Below are positions 43,058-55,509 of a DNA stretch of 64,000 nt, in pieces (the stretch's first letter is position 1; every line of letters begins with the position of its first letter). The notes below the pieces were generated by a model. It saw only the letters and a list, made by a program, of their open reading frames with translations, made no database searches and was not told the origin of the DNA. Source of the stretch: Octopus vulgaris (Eukaryota); assembly GCA_951406725.2 (NCBI GenBank), contig OX597841.1, forward strand, positions 16,120,001 to 16,184,000, written 5' to 3'. Made by a program: the position numbers and the translations under genes.

Positions 43058-43355
43058 TTTTCCACTCTAGTCACAAGGCCCGAAAGTTTTGGGGAGGGGA
43101 CCAGTCGATTAGGTCGACCCTTAGTGCGTAACTGGTACTTATTTAATCGACCCCGAAGGGATGAAACGCAATTCGATCTCGGCGGAGTTTGAACTCAGAA
43201 CGTAGCGGCAGACGAAATACCTATTTCTTTACTACCCACAAGGGGCTAAACACAGAGAAGATAAACAAGGACAGACAAAGGGATTAAGTCGATTATATCG
43301 ACCCCAGTGCGTAACTGGTACTTAATTTATCTACCCCGAAAGGATGAAAGGCAAA
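43058..43355 (-). mobile_element. SINE family B fragments
   Basis: Reverse-complement units. Confidence 0.7.
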
Positions 43356-43639
43356 TATATATATATTCTTTTATTTGTTTCAGTCATTTGACTGCGGCCA
43401 TGCTGGAGCACCGCCTTTAGTCGAGCAAATAGACCCCATGACTTATTCTTTGTAAGCCTATTACTTATTCTATAGGTGTATTTTACCGAACCGCTAAGTT
43501 ACGGGGACGTAAACACACCAGCATCGTTGTCAAGCGATGGTAGGGAGACAAACACAGACACAAAAACATACATATATATTTTTTTCTTTTACTTGTTTCA
43601 GTCATTATACTGCGGCCATGCTGGAGCACCGCCTTTGTA

Positions 43640-43789
43640 CAGCAGGGATCACCACCCCCTGCCGGAGGTTCGAGGAGCTTTTAGGTATTTTCGCTCAATA
43701 AACACACACAACGCCCGGTCTGGGAATCGAAACTGCGATCCTGCGACCGCGAGTCCGCTGCCCTAACCACTGGGCCATTGCGCCTCCAC
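43640..43789 (-). mobile_element. tRNA-derived SINE head, third family
   Basis: Minus strand GTGGAGGCGCAATGGCCCAGTGGTTAGGGCAGCGGACTC...GTTTCGATTCC (A and B boxes). Older relatives at ~17700-17833 and ~46780-46925. Confidence 0.7.
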
Positions 43790-43925
43790 GGCCATTGCGC
43801 CTCCACGGCCATTGCGCCTCCACGGCCATTGCGCCTCCACGGCCATTGCGCCTCCACGGCCATTGCGCCTCCACGGCCATTGCGACTCCACGGCCATTGC
43901 GCCTCCACGGCCATTGCGCCTCCAC
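43773..43925. repeat. 17-bp minisatellite x9 (GGCCATTGCGCCTCCAC)
   Basis: 153 bp = 9 x 17, with one substitution. Confidence 0.95.
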
Positions 43926-44179
43926 ATATATACGATGGGCTTCTTTCAGTTTCTGTCTACGAAATCCACTCACAATGCTTTTGTCGGTCCGAGGCTATAG
44001 TAAAAAAAAAAACACTTGCCCAAGGAGTCACGCCTTGGGACTGAACCCGGAACCATGTGAATAGTAAGCAAGGTAATTACCAGACAGCCACAGCCACATA
44101 CACATGTATACACAAACGCACGCACACATATATACACGTATGTATAATATCTATACGCCGATATATATACATATATATA

Positions 44180-44254
<75 letters not shown>

Positions 44255-44428
44255 ACATACTCACGCGCACCCACACACCCGAGCAGGGACACACGGACAG
44301 AACCGTATGCTGCACTGAATCAGGGTATCCCTTCACCCCATCTGACATACACGCATACACACAAGTACACTCACATACAACGATACAACTTCGCTCTGGT
44401 TTACTATAGTCGTCGCTGCAGCAGCAGC

Positions 44429-44499
<71 letters not shown>

Positions 44500-44501
44500 C
44501 T

Positions 44502-44583
<82 letters not shown>

Positions 44584-44733
44584 TAATAGCAGTAGTAGTA
44601 GTAGTAGTTGTAGTAATGGTGGTGGTGGTGGTGGTTGTAGTACATCTTACTAACAACTAGTATCGCCAGGAAAGTATCATTTCTTAATTTTTATTTATTT
44701 TCTTCTACATATGTGTGTGTGTATGCATGTGTG

Positions 44734-44789
<56 letters not shown>

Positions 44790-44898
44790 AGGCATTTATG
44801 TGTAATAATGCCCTCTATACAATATATATATATATATATATGTATAATTAAACAATTTAGGAATGGCCTTCATTGAATTTTTTGCTACCCTAAATTGA

Positions 44899-44944
<46 letters not shown>

Positions 44945-45126
44945 AACATACGCATATATATATATATATATATACATACATACATATATATGTATGTATG
45001 TATGTATGTGTATGTATGTATGTGTGTGTGTTTGTGTGTGTGTGTGTGTTAGAGTGTGTGAATGTGTGTGTATATATATGTACGTATATACATATATACA
45101 TATATACATATATCTATATCTATCTA

Positions 45127-45160
<34 letters not shown>

Positions 45161-45848
45161 CATATGAATGTATATATTTATGTGTGTGTGTATATATGTA
45201 TGTTTGTATGTATGTGTGTGTGTGCGTGTATTTGTATGTGTGTGTGTGTGTGTGTGTATTGCCTTTTCTCTCTCGACAAAAAAAAAAAGGACATACCTTA
45301 AAACCGACCTCCGCGTAACCTAGCAACAACCGGGTATCAGGGTTATGTAGGGTATGCATGCCACTCACCCCCCCCCCACCCCTCACCCGCCGCCGCACCA
45401 CCACCGCCACCACCACCACCACAACCACCACCGCCACTATTCAAAGGTATTCTCGGTGCTAAGGTGTCGAAGGTTAAGACGAAGTATCTCTCCGGGTGTA
45501 TCCTGGTTAAAAGATAAGGGTGGGTGTTGAGGAGAAATGTGTAGGGATCGCGGCCATAGGGGGTGGGGTGGCGGTGTAGTGATGGTGGTGGTTGTTGTTG
45601 TAGCTGTTAATGTTGTTGTTGCTGTTGTGGTGGTGATAGCGATGGTTGTTGAAGTGTTGCAGTGCGTCGAACAAAGTGGATCTTGGTATTTTTTTTAAAT
45701 TTTGTTTTACGTTTTGAGTTCAAATTAGGGTTTGCCTTTCAACCTTTCAGGGTCGATATAATAAGTACCAGTCGCGTGCTGGGGGAAGTTAATGTAATCG
45801 ACTACCACCTCCCCCCCACCATCGCCCCTACCAGCAGCACCAACAGCA

Positions 45849-46008
45849 TTTTCAAAATTTTCGCTGCTTTAGTTTTGAATTATGACATTGGGCTATGTGT
45901 GTGTCAAGTTTCATCAGAATCGGTTGAAAGCCGTGGTCAGGGTGAGGGTACAACCTGACAGACACACAGACACACAGACAGACAAACTGCCGTTTATATA
46001 TAGAGAGA
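45849..46008 (-). mobile_element. 5' fragment of the second Helitron variant
   Basis: Matches 31834-31993. Confidence 0.7.
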
Positions 46009-46124
46009 TATTTGAGTAGTTGAATGAATTATCTTGTTATGGATAATTCGGTTAAGCGGTACCTGGGTAGCAAATTCACATCAGAGAAGACACGTTTGAA
46101 GTTACGTGCTTTCGTGTGGAAATT

Positions 46125-46747
46125 TGAATAATAGATGGGATGGTCTCGGCTGGAGCAGATCCTTTGATCGTAGGCCGACGCACTCAGGACTGACCTGGAG
46201 TTAAATAACAACCAACACCACCACCACCACCACCACCACCACCACCACCACCACCGCCACCACCACCACTACCATCACCACCACCACCACCCCCACCACT
46301 ACCACCACAACCACCCCCACCACCACCACCACCACTACCCCCTACCCTACCCCCACCCACCCCACCACCACCTCCACCACCACCACCGTCACCATCACCA
46401 CAACCACCACCGTCACCACCACCACCACTACCACTACCACCACCGTCACCACCACCACAACCACCACCACCATTCACACCTTACATATTCTTCTTCCTGT
46501 CACCTCCCCCCATGTCTTCATAATTACATAAAGCGAACATTCAACGGTCTTCCAATATTATTTTCTTAACTTCTTTCTCATCCATTGAACTGCGGTCATG
46601 CTGGAGCATCTGCAACGGTTTTAGTCGAATAAATCAGATTTTCCCTTCTTTTAAAAGTTATTTTTTTTTGTATAGGTATAATACCTATTCTATCGGTTTC
46701 TCTTTTGCCGAACCGTTAAGTAACAGGGACGTAAACAAACCGACAGA
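46125..46747 (+). repeat. Left arm of a local inverted duplication
   Basis: Reverse complement of 48697-49888. Confidence 0.85.
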
Positions 46748-46935
46748 AACGGAGAGCCACTCTGCCTCATGATTACACATTTACAGCCGGGCGGTCTAAA
46801 GCGAAGTGAAAATGAAGTGTTTTGCTGAAAAATCATAAAACACCAGCCAAGTCCAGGAAATGAAACCGCAGTCTTGTGATTGTTAACAAAGTACCCTTAA
46901 CCACCCGACCACGCACCACCATGTGCATCTGATAT

Positions 46936-47745
46936 ATATTTCTTTACTGCCCTCAAGGGGCTAAACATAGAGGGGACAAACAAGGACAGACGAAGGGATT
47001 GAGTCGATCATATCGTCCCCAGTGCGAAACTGGTACTTAATTTATCGACTCCGAAAGGATGAAAGGCAAAGTCAACCTCGGCGTAATTTGAACTCAGAAC
47101 GTAACGACAGACGAAATACCGCTAAGCATTTCGCCCGGCGTGCTAACGATTCTTACTTCTGTACTGCCCACAAGGGGCTAAACACAGAGGGGACAAACAA
47201 GGACAGACGAAGGGATTGAGTCGATCATATCGCCCCCAGTGCGAAACTGGTACTTTATTTAATCGACCCCGAAAGGATGAAAGGCAAAGTCAACCTCGGC
47301 GTAATTTGAACTCAGAACGTAACGACAGACGAAATACCTATTTCTTTATTACCCACAAGGGGCTAAACACAGAGGGGACAAACAAGGACAGACACATGGA
47401 TTAAGTCGACTACATCGACCCCAGTGCGTAACTGGTACTTATTTAATCGACTCCGAAAGGATGAAAAGCAAAGTCAACCTCGGCGTAATTTGAACTCAGA
47501 ACGTAACGACAGACGAAATACCTATTTCTTTATTACCCACAAGGGGCTAAACACAGAGGGGACAAACAAGGACAGACACATGGATTAAGTCGACTACATC
47601 GACCCCAGTGTGTAACTGGTACTTATTTAATCGACCCCGAAAGGATGAAAGGCAAAGTCGACCTCGGCGGAATTTGAACTCAGAACGTAACGACAGACGA
47701 AATACCGCTAAGCATTTCGCCCGGCGCGCTAACGTGTCTGCCAGC
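46936..47745 (-). mobile_element. SINE family B concatemers (1 + 3 units)
   Basis: Reverse-complement ~184-bp units; heads near 47150 and 47745. Confidence 0.8.
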
Positions 47746-48074
47746 TCAGTCGATGCTAGCTCTCCTAACACTAGCACTTTCTTCAATTTTCTGTATTGCT
47801 CTCAAGGACAGCGTACTTCCGGTATCACCCGGATGTCATTTATTGCCTGCTTTGCTTTCAATAACATCGTCCGCCATTGTTAATCGACTCTAACTTCCTT
47901 TCCGTTCCCATCGACAATATGTTTGTTATTTTTGCTCAGAGTTTATCAACAACGTAGGCGCAAACGACAAAGGAAAAAGCCTTTTTCCTCTCATTATATA
48001 GTTTATAAGGATTCCATGAGCTTAAAAGAGAGCAAGATTTCATTTCTTAATAATTCTGGTATCGTTAAGACTGC

Positions 48075-48329
48075 TAGCTGGCTGAATCGTTAGCACGCTG
48101 GACGAAATGCGTAGCCGTATTTCTTCTGCCGCTACGTTCTAAGTTCAAATTCCGCCCAGGCCGACTTTGCCTTTCATCCTTTCGGGGTCGATAAATTAAG
48201 TACCAGTTACGCACTGGGGTCGATGTAATCGACTTAATACCTATGTCTGTCCTTGTTTGTCCCCTCTGTGTTTAGCCCCTTGTGGGTAGTAAAGAAATAG
48301 GCATTTCGTCTGGCTTTACGTTCTGAGTT

Positions 48330-48333
<4 letters not shown>
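48075..48333 (+). mobile_element. SINE family B
   Basis: Head plus ~1.2 units. Confidence 0.75.
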
Positions 48334-48395
<62 letters not shown>

Positions 48396-48696
48396 TGTGT
48401 ATGTATGTTTGTATATGTCTGTGTGTGTGTGTTTGTCACGCCACTATCGCTTGACAACCGATGTTGCTGTGTTTACGTCTCCGTAACTTAGCGGCTCGAT
48501 CAAAAGGACTGGTAAAATAAGTACTAGGTTTACAAAGAATAAGTCCTGTTGTCGATTTGTTAACCTAAACGTCGGTGCTCCAGTATGGCCGCATTCAAAT
48601 GACTGAAACAAATAAAAACTAAAAGAATAGATAGATAGATATAGGTACATATATATGTGTGTCTGTGATTGTTACATCCGTCTCCGCTTGACAGCC

Positions 48697-49888
48697 TCTG
48701 TCGGTTTGTTTACGTCCCTTTTACTTAACGGTTCGGCAAAAGAGAAACCGATAGAATAGGTATTAGATCTAAAGCAAAAAAAAAAACTTTTAAAAGAAGG
48801 GAAAATTTGATTTATTCGACTAAAACCGTTGCAGATGCTCCAGCATGACCGCAGTTCAATGGATGAGAAAGAAGTTAAGAAAATAATATTGGAAGACAGT
48901 TGAATGTTCGCGTTATGTAATTATGAAGACATGGGGGGGAGGTGACAGGAAGAAGAATATGTAAGGTGTGAATGGTGGTGGTGGTTGTGGTGGTGGTGAC
49001 GGTGGTGGTGGTGGTGGTGGTAGTGGTGGTGGTGGTGGTTGTGATGGTGGTGGTGGTGGTGGTGGTGGTGGTGGTGGTGGTGGTGGTGGTGGTGGTGGTG
49101 GTGGTGGCGTGGTGGTGGTGGTGGATGTAGTGGTGGTAGTGGTGGTTGTAGTTGTAGTGGTGGTGGTGGTGTGATGGTGGTGGTTGTGGTGGTGGTAGTG
49201 GTGGTGGTGGTGGTGGTGTGATGGTGGTGGTAGTGGTGGTGGTGGTGGTGGTGTGATGGTGGTGTGGTGGTGGTGGTGGCGTGGTGGTGGTGGTGGTGAC
49301 GGTGGTGGTAGTTGTGGTGGTAGTGGTGGTGGTGGTGTGTGGTGGTGGTGGTGGTAGTGGTGTGGTGGTGGTGGTGGTGGTGGTGGTGGTTGTAGTGGTG
49401 GTTGTGATGGTGTGGTGGTGGTGGTTGTGGTGGTGGTAGTGGTGGTGGTGGTGGTGGTGTGATGGTGGTGTGGTGGTGGTGGCGTGGTGGTGGTGGTGGT
49501 GACGGTGGTGGTAGTTGTGGTGGTAGTGGTGGTGGTGGATGTGGTGGTGGTGGTGGTGGTGGTGGTGGTGGTAGTGGTGGTGGTGGTGGTGGTGGTGGTG
49601 GTGGTGGTGGTGGTGGTGGTGGTGGCGTGGTGGTGGCGTGGTGGTGGTGGTGGTTGTAGTGGTGGTTGTGATGGTGTGGTGGTGGTGGTTGTGGTGGTGG
49701 TGGTTATGGTGGTGGTGGTGTGATGGTGGTAGTGGTGGCGGCGGTGGTGGTGGTGGTTGTGGTGGTTGTGATGGTAATGGAAATGGTGGTGGTGGTGGTG
49801 GTGGTTATTTAACTCCAGGTCAGTCCTGAGTGCGTCGGCCTACGATCAAAGGATCTGTTCCAGCCGAGACCATCCCATCTATTATTCA
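48697..49888 (-). repeat. Right arm of the inverted duplication, with expanded (GGT)n
   Basis: Unique flanks match the left arm; the (GGT)n tract is ~830 bp versus ~260 bp. Confidence 0.85.
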
Positions 49889-50335
49889 CGCGGTATGGGA
49901 GTATTTTTTGTAATAAAGTATTTCCTATTTTATGAAACAGAGATGAGAGGTGAGGGAGAGAGGGAGGGAGTAAGAGAAGGAATGAGAGAGAGAGAGAGAG
50001 AGAGTTAGAGAGAGTTAGAGAGAAATGGAGAGTGAATGAGGGATAGAGAGGGAAAGAGTGAGAGACAGAGAGAGATTGAATGCGAAAGAGTGAGCCAGGA
50101 TGGACAAAGAGAGAAAGTGAGAAATGGGGAGAGAAAGGGAGAGTTTGAAAGCAAGAGAGAGAGAGAAAGAGAGAAATGTGAGAGGGAGAGAGATATGGGA
50201 GAGAGAAAGAGAAAGAGACTGAAAGCAAGAGAGAGAGAAAGAGAGAAATGGGAGAGAGAGAGAGAAATGGAGAAAGAGAGAGAGATTGAAAGAAAGAGAG
50301 AGCAAAGAGTGGGGCAAAGAGAGAAAGAGAGAGAT

Positions 50336-50366
<31 letters not shown>

Positions 50367-50487
50367 GGAGAGAGAAAGGGGGAGAGAGAGAGAAATAGAG
50401 AAAGAAAAAGAGAGAAAGAGAGGGGCACAGAGACAGTCAAAGAAAGAAAGAAAGAAAGAAATGAAGGAAGAAAGAAAGATAGAAGGA

Positions 50488-50563
<76 letters not shown>

Positions 50564-50920
50564 AATGAAGGAAGAAAGAAAGATAGGAAGAAACATACAT
50601 CTATAAATGTGTTACAAATCAGCCCTGATGGGAGAGACCTATATACAAAATTATTCCAAGCGTGACCATCACCTTGTTTTTATATCTAACCACCGCTTTA
50701 CTAAAGTGTTCTTCCTTTATATTTTCTTAAGACGGTAGGATGTGATTTAAAAGAGATTTACTTGCTATTTCCGGCATGTTCAATGACTACACAGAGGCTT
50801 CTTCGCTTATGTTGCCAAAGTCCAGGTCAGTAGATATGAATAAAGGCTTTCCAACCGTGAACTTCCTGTCCTTTTGTGCACAGACAGGTTCACAAAAGTC
50901 GCTATTTCCCACTTATTTTT

Positions 50921-52085
50921 AAGGCGGTGAGCCGAGCTGGCGGAAACGTTAGCACGCCGGGAGAAACGCTTAGCGAGTGATTCGTCTGTCTTTACGTTCT
51001 GGGTTCAAATCCCGCCGAGGTCGACTTTGCCTTTCATCATTTTCGGGGTCGATAAATTAAGTACCAGTTGCATACTGGGGTCGATCTAATCGACTGGCCA
51101 CATCTCAAAAAATTCCGGGCCTTGTGTCTGGAGTAGGAAGGAAATATTTTGCTTTGGTAAAGCGGCGAGCTGGCAGAAACGTTAGCATGCCGGGCGAAAT
51201 GCGTAGCCGTATTTCGTCTGCCGTTACGTTCTGAGTTCAAATTCCGCCGAGGTCGACTTTGCCTTTCATCCTTTCGGGGTCGATAAATTAAGTACCAATT
51301 ACGCACTGGGGTCGATATAATCGACTTAAAATCTGTCTGTCCTTGTTCGTCCCCTCTGTGTTTAGCCCCTTGTGGGTAGTGAAGAAATAGGTATTTCGTC
51401 TGCCGTTACGTTCTGAGTTCAAATTCCGCCGAGGTCGACTTTGCCTTTCATCCTTTCGGGGTCGATAAATTAAGTACCAATTACGCACTGGGATCGATGT
51501 AATCGACTTAATACCTATGTCTGTCCTTGTTCGTCCCCTCTGTGTTTAGCCCCTTGTGGGTAGTAAAGAAATAGGTATTTTCGTCTGCCGCTACGTTCTG
51601 AGTTCAAATCCCTCGAGGTCAACTTTGCCTTTCATCCTTTCGGGGTCGATAAATTAAGTACCAGTTACGCACTGGGGTTGATGTAATCCACTTAATCCCT
51701 TTGTCTGTCCTTGTTTGTCCCCTCTGTGTTTAGCCCCTTGTGGGTAGTAAAGAAATAGGTATTTTCGTCTGCCGCTACGTTCTGAGTTCAAATTCCGCCG
51801 AGGTCAACTTTGCCATTCATCCTTTCGGGGTCGATAAATTAAGTACCAGTTACGCACTGGGGTTGATGTAATCCACTTAATCCGTTTGTCTGTCCTTGTT
51901 TGTCCCCTCTGTGTTTAGCCCCTTGTGGGTAATAAAGAAATAGGTATTTCGTCTATCGTTACTTTATGGGTTCAAATTCCGCTGAGGTCGATAAATTAAA
52001 TACCTGTTACGCACTGGGGGTCGATCCCTTTGTCCTTGTTTGTCCCGTCTATGTTTAGCCTCTTGTGGGCAATAAAGAAATAAGA
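50921..52085 (+). mobile_element. SINE family B monomer plus a 5-unit concatemer
   Basis: Unit starts at 51213, 51395, 51580, 51764 and 51948. Confidence 0.85.
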
Positions 52086-52105
52086 AACTGTTAAAGAAAG
52101 ATATG

Positions 52106-52541
52106 CTTCTTTTCTACTCTAGGCACAAGGCCCGAAATTTTGGGGTAGAGGGTCAGTCGATTAGATCGACCCCAGTGCGTAACTGGTACTTATTTAATCA
52201 ACCCTGAAAGGATGAAAGGTAAAGTCGACCTCGGTGGAATTTGAACTCAGAACGTAACGGCAGACAAAATACGGCTACGCATTTCGCCCTGCGTGCTAAC
52301 GATTCTTATTTCTTTACTGCCCTCAAGGGGCTACACACAGAGGGGACAAACAAGGCCAGACAAATGGATCAAGTCGATTATATATCGACGCCAGTGCGTA
52401 ACTGGTACTTAATTTATTGACCCCGGAAGGATGAAAGGGAAAGTCGACCTCGGCGGAATTTGAACTCAGAACGTAGAGGTAAACGAAATACTGCTAAGCA
52501 TTTCGCCCGGCGCGCTAACGTGTCTGCCAGCTCGCCGCCTT
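52106..52541 (-). mobile_element. SINE family B, two copies
   Basis: Reverse complement, tail-to-tail with the 50921 array. Confidence 0.8.
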
Positions 52542-52545
52542 ATTC

Positions 52546-52583
<38 letters not shown>

Positions 52584-52585
<2 letters not shown>

Positions 52586-53129
52586 GCCCTGATGCAGTAC
52601 CAGGCAGTGGCTCTCATGGCTTCTGATCTTAACTGATTGGAAGTGTTATCATGTACATTGTTTTGTCTTGGTATAAAAGATGGCCTACAGCAAATATTCT
52701 GCTCAATACCACAGATTTGCTTGTCAGTTGTTTGACCTTAACCAGTTGAGCATGTCCCTTGGTGGCTGACGATATGTGCATCTCTGATCACAAGCAGAAT
52801 TAGTGGGGGAGCATCATAGCCATGTGTTGAGAGGAATTCTTTGGGGTTTGAATAATTCACCCCTGGAAACATGGGTGTTTCGCTCAACATTCTTAAACAA
52901 CCCTTATTCAGGGACCTTTTGAGCAGGATGGGCCACTCGACCAGAATAAAATTCTAACTGCAAGGTCATACGCTGTTTATCTTGATATGAGATCACCATG
53001 TCGCGCACATATGGTTGTGATGCATGTGCCTGGTGTACCCTTATCAGACGGGTAGTCATGATGGGTGTACTGGGCTTTGTATATTTTACTCCAGTGTCAC
53101 TTTGATGGCATGCACTGCTCTCTCACTCA
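52584..53129 (+). mobile_element. (AAT)n-embedded element, full copy
   Basis: (AAT)n-ATGCCCTGATGCAGTACCAGG...CTCTCACTC-(AAT)n. Confidence 0.8.
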
Positions 53130-53132
53130 ATG

Positions 53133-53209
<77 letters not shown>

Positions 53210-53255
53210 AATGATAATAAAAACAATAATATTAATAATAATAATAATACTAATG

Positions 53256-53317
<62 letters not shown>

Positions 53318-53318
<1 letters not shown>

Positions 53319-53874
53319 TGCCCTGATGCAGTACCAGGCAGTGGCTCTCATGGCTTCTGATCTTAACTGATTGGAAGTGTTATCATGTACATTGTTTTGT
53401 CTTGGTATAAAAGATGGGCTACAGCAAATATTCTGCTCAATACCACAGATTTGCTTGTCAGTTGTTTGACCTTAACCAGTTGAGCATGTCCCTTAGTGGC
53501 TGACAATATGTGCATCTCTGATCATGAGCAGAAGTAGTGGGGGAGCATCATAGCCATGTGTTGAGAAGGATTCTTTGGGGTTTGAATAATTCACCTCTGG
53601 AAACATGGGTGTTTCGTTCAACGTCCTTAAACAACCCTTATTCAGGGACCTTTTGAGCGGGATGGGTTACTCGATCTGAAGAAAATTCTAACTGGGCTCC
53701 ACCTGCAAGGTCATGTGCTGTTTATCTTGATATGAGATCACCATGTCGCGCACATATGGTTGTGATGCATGTGCCTGGTGTACCCTTATCAGACGGGTAG
53801 TCATGATGGGTATACTGGGCTTCGTATATTTTACCCCAGTGTCACTTTGATGGCATGCTCTGCTCGCTCACTCA
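53318..53874 (+). mobile_element. (AAT)n-embedded element, full copy in tandem with 52584
   Basis: Same termini; separated from the previous copy only by (AAT/AAC)n. Confidence 0.8.
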
Positions 53875-54572
53875 ATAATAATAATAATAATAATAACATT
53901 CAGAGCAACTCTAGATCTAAACAAGAATTTGAACAACAACCACAATAACAACAACAACAACAGTAGCAGCAGCAGCTGATATTATGTAAAAAAATCCTCT
54001 TCTGTAGCTGGTCTTCCGGCATCTTCCTTTCATTCATTAAAAAAAAAAAGTATGAAAACCTTCTGTGGCCTTTATTCAAATGCAAATATGTGTTTTCGTT
54101 TTATTCTATGGTTTCCATTCGGTAAAGGAGGTCGTGTTTCTTTTATTTGAAATCACTTCCTTGGTTTAATATCGACGTGGGAACGTTCAGAGCACCGTAA
54201 ATGATGTATGTCTAGTAATTAGAACGTTTAAGTTCGTTCAGGTGGTACGAGTGAGGTCAAAGCTGCTTGCCCTACAATCGGGGCCGATGAAAAAGGAAGG
54301 GAGAATTCCTTCGAGGGGGACAACGTTCTTCAAGGACGTCATGTTCTTTCGAGGGTGTTTGGTTTTCGATGCGTGTAGGCATGGCTGATTGTACGGTTCA
54401 GGAAGAAGGCTTTGGTGTGTGCCGCCTTGCAGCCACGTGAATCCCGGTTCGGTCCCACAGCGCGGGCGGCGGCACCTTGGCTGGGAAACTTTCTTCTATT
54501 ATGGCCCTGGCCTGACCAATGACTTGCGAGTTAATCCGGTAGAGAGAAACTGTGTGGAATCCCATCGTGTGC

Positions 54573-54611
<39 letters not shown>

Positions 54612-54779
54612 GGCGTAGGAGTGGCTGTGTGGTAAGTAGCTTGTTTCCCACTCACGTGGTTCCGGGTTCAGTCCCGCGGCACCTTGGGTGGGCAACTCTC
54701 TTCTATTATGGCCCTGGCCTGACCAATGACTTGCGAGTTAATCCGGTAGAGGGAAACTGTGTGAAATCCCATCGTGTGC

Positions 54780-54842
<63 letters not shown>

Positions 54843-54845
<3 letters not shown>

Positions 54846-55180
54846 CGTAGGAGTGGCTGTGTGGTAAGTAGCTTGTTTCCCAATCACGTGGTTCCGGGTT
54901 CAGTCCCACTGCGTGGCACCTTGGGCAGGTATCTTCTACTATAGCCTCGGGCCAACCAAAACTTTGTGAGTGGATATGGTAGACGGAAACTGAAAGAAGC
55001 CCGTCATATATAAATGAAAATGTGTGTGTGTGTGTTTGTGTGTCTGTGTTTCTCCCCCCCACCCACAATCGCTTGAAAACCGACGCTGGTGTGTTTACGT
55101 CCTCGAAACTTAGCGGTTCGGCCAAAAAGGACCCTATAGAATAAGTACTAGGCTTACAACGAATAAGTCCTGGGGTCAAT
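54843..55180 (+). mobile_element. SINE family A (preceded by duplicated diverged heads at 54375-54780)
   Basis: GGCGTAGGAGTGGCTGTGTGG head and body. Confidence 0.75.
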
Positions 55181-55234
55181 TTGATGGAAACTATTTCGAA
55201 GACTACAGATCCAATTCCATTACTGGAATATCAA

Positions 55235-55508
55235 AAAATCTCCCGTTTCCTGGATTGCAAACGCATGGCCTTCAAAGTGTGGTGTGATGTAGTAGCCTTC
55301 GGGCCACGAGAGGGTGTACTTTACGTCAACTCTATACTGTCTTCTTCAAGCTTCCGGGCAACATACCCATGCAGGGTCTTTTGGGTTTGTTTTTTTATAT
55401 GTTGGGTGTTTTCCATCCAGTTCTTCTCCGAGGTGAGAGAGAGCCCAGCTGTTTTGGGGCTGTATAGGGGATCATCATGATTACAGCGTTTCTTGAGGAG
55501 TTCACTGC
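55235..55508 (-). pseudogene. Decayed Dong/R4-clade non-LTR retrotransposon ORF fragment
   Basis: Minus strand translates ...ELLKK...QKTLHGYVARKL, then after a frameshift VDVKYTLSW...ITPHFEGHAFAIQE. This resembles the KxLHG / D..S..W / EG..AIQE region after the RT domain of R4/Dong-like elements (recalled motif, not searched). Confidence 0.55.
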
Positions 55509-55509
55509 T

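Noticed and set aside
43700-43789. tRNA gene
   Set aside because: A/B boxes are present but there is no proper acceptor stem, and it continues into a SINE body.
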